Below, piece after piece: positions 25,429 to 25,456 of a stretch of 25,456 nucleotides of DNA. Each line of letters opens with the position of its first letter. Positions within the stretch are counted from its first letter, which is position 1. The DNA is taken from contig JBBSZB010000085.1 in assembly GCA_038044965.1 (NCBI GenBank), positions 1 through 25,456 of the forward strand. The letters run 5' to 3'. Under the pieces are notes generated by a model, which saw only the letters and a program-made list of their open reading frames with translations, did not search any database and was not told where the DNA came from. This stretch comes from Nanobdellota archaeon. GTDB lineage: Archaea > Nanobdellota > Nanobdellia > Pacearchaeales > GW2011-AR1. The position numbers were made by a program, and so were the translations under genes.

Positions 25429-25456
25429 CCCAAAAACGAAAGTTACAAAACAATCT

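Overview
AT-rich archaeal chromosomal segment, most likely DPANN (Pace-/Woesearchaeota-like; inferred from an archaeal-type SRP RNA, a class III signal-peptide pilin, TATA boxes ~22-30 nt upstream of many start codons, and many ORFans). Left to right it holds two toxin-antitoxin-like pairs (wHTH-MNT/HEPN; HTH/RelE-like), a GT2 glycosyltransferase whose likely start codon is out of frame across an A7 run, an exported protein and a UPF0104 flippase-like protein. Next come a DUF5678/aspartic protease/RHH trio, an AbrB-PhoU regulator, peptidase E, a compact tnpA-only IS200/IS605 element with recognisable ends, and a run of small ORFans. The right half holds two giant surface proteins (1528 aa Cys-rich VWA; 1269 aa Ca-binding/cadherin-like/LTD adhesin) that share an N-terminal domain and a 30-bp promoter motif, an SRP RNA with non-canonical S-domain loops, and a pilin-LamG gene. 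The most unusual signal is non-coding: a dispersed family of ~60-85 bp intergenic repeats, including a 61-bp perfect direct repeat bracketing the pilin gene, a separate 25-bp perfect direct repeat bracketing the MNT-HEPN module, and REP-like AAACCTTTT/AAAAGGTT palindromes. This suggests a repeat-bounded cassette organisation (inference). No CRISPR array, tRNA, rRNA, integrase or reverse transcriptase was seen. All calls are by eye; no searches were run.
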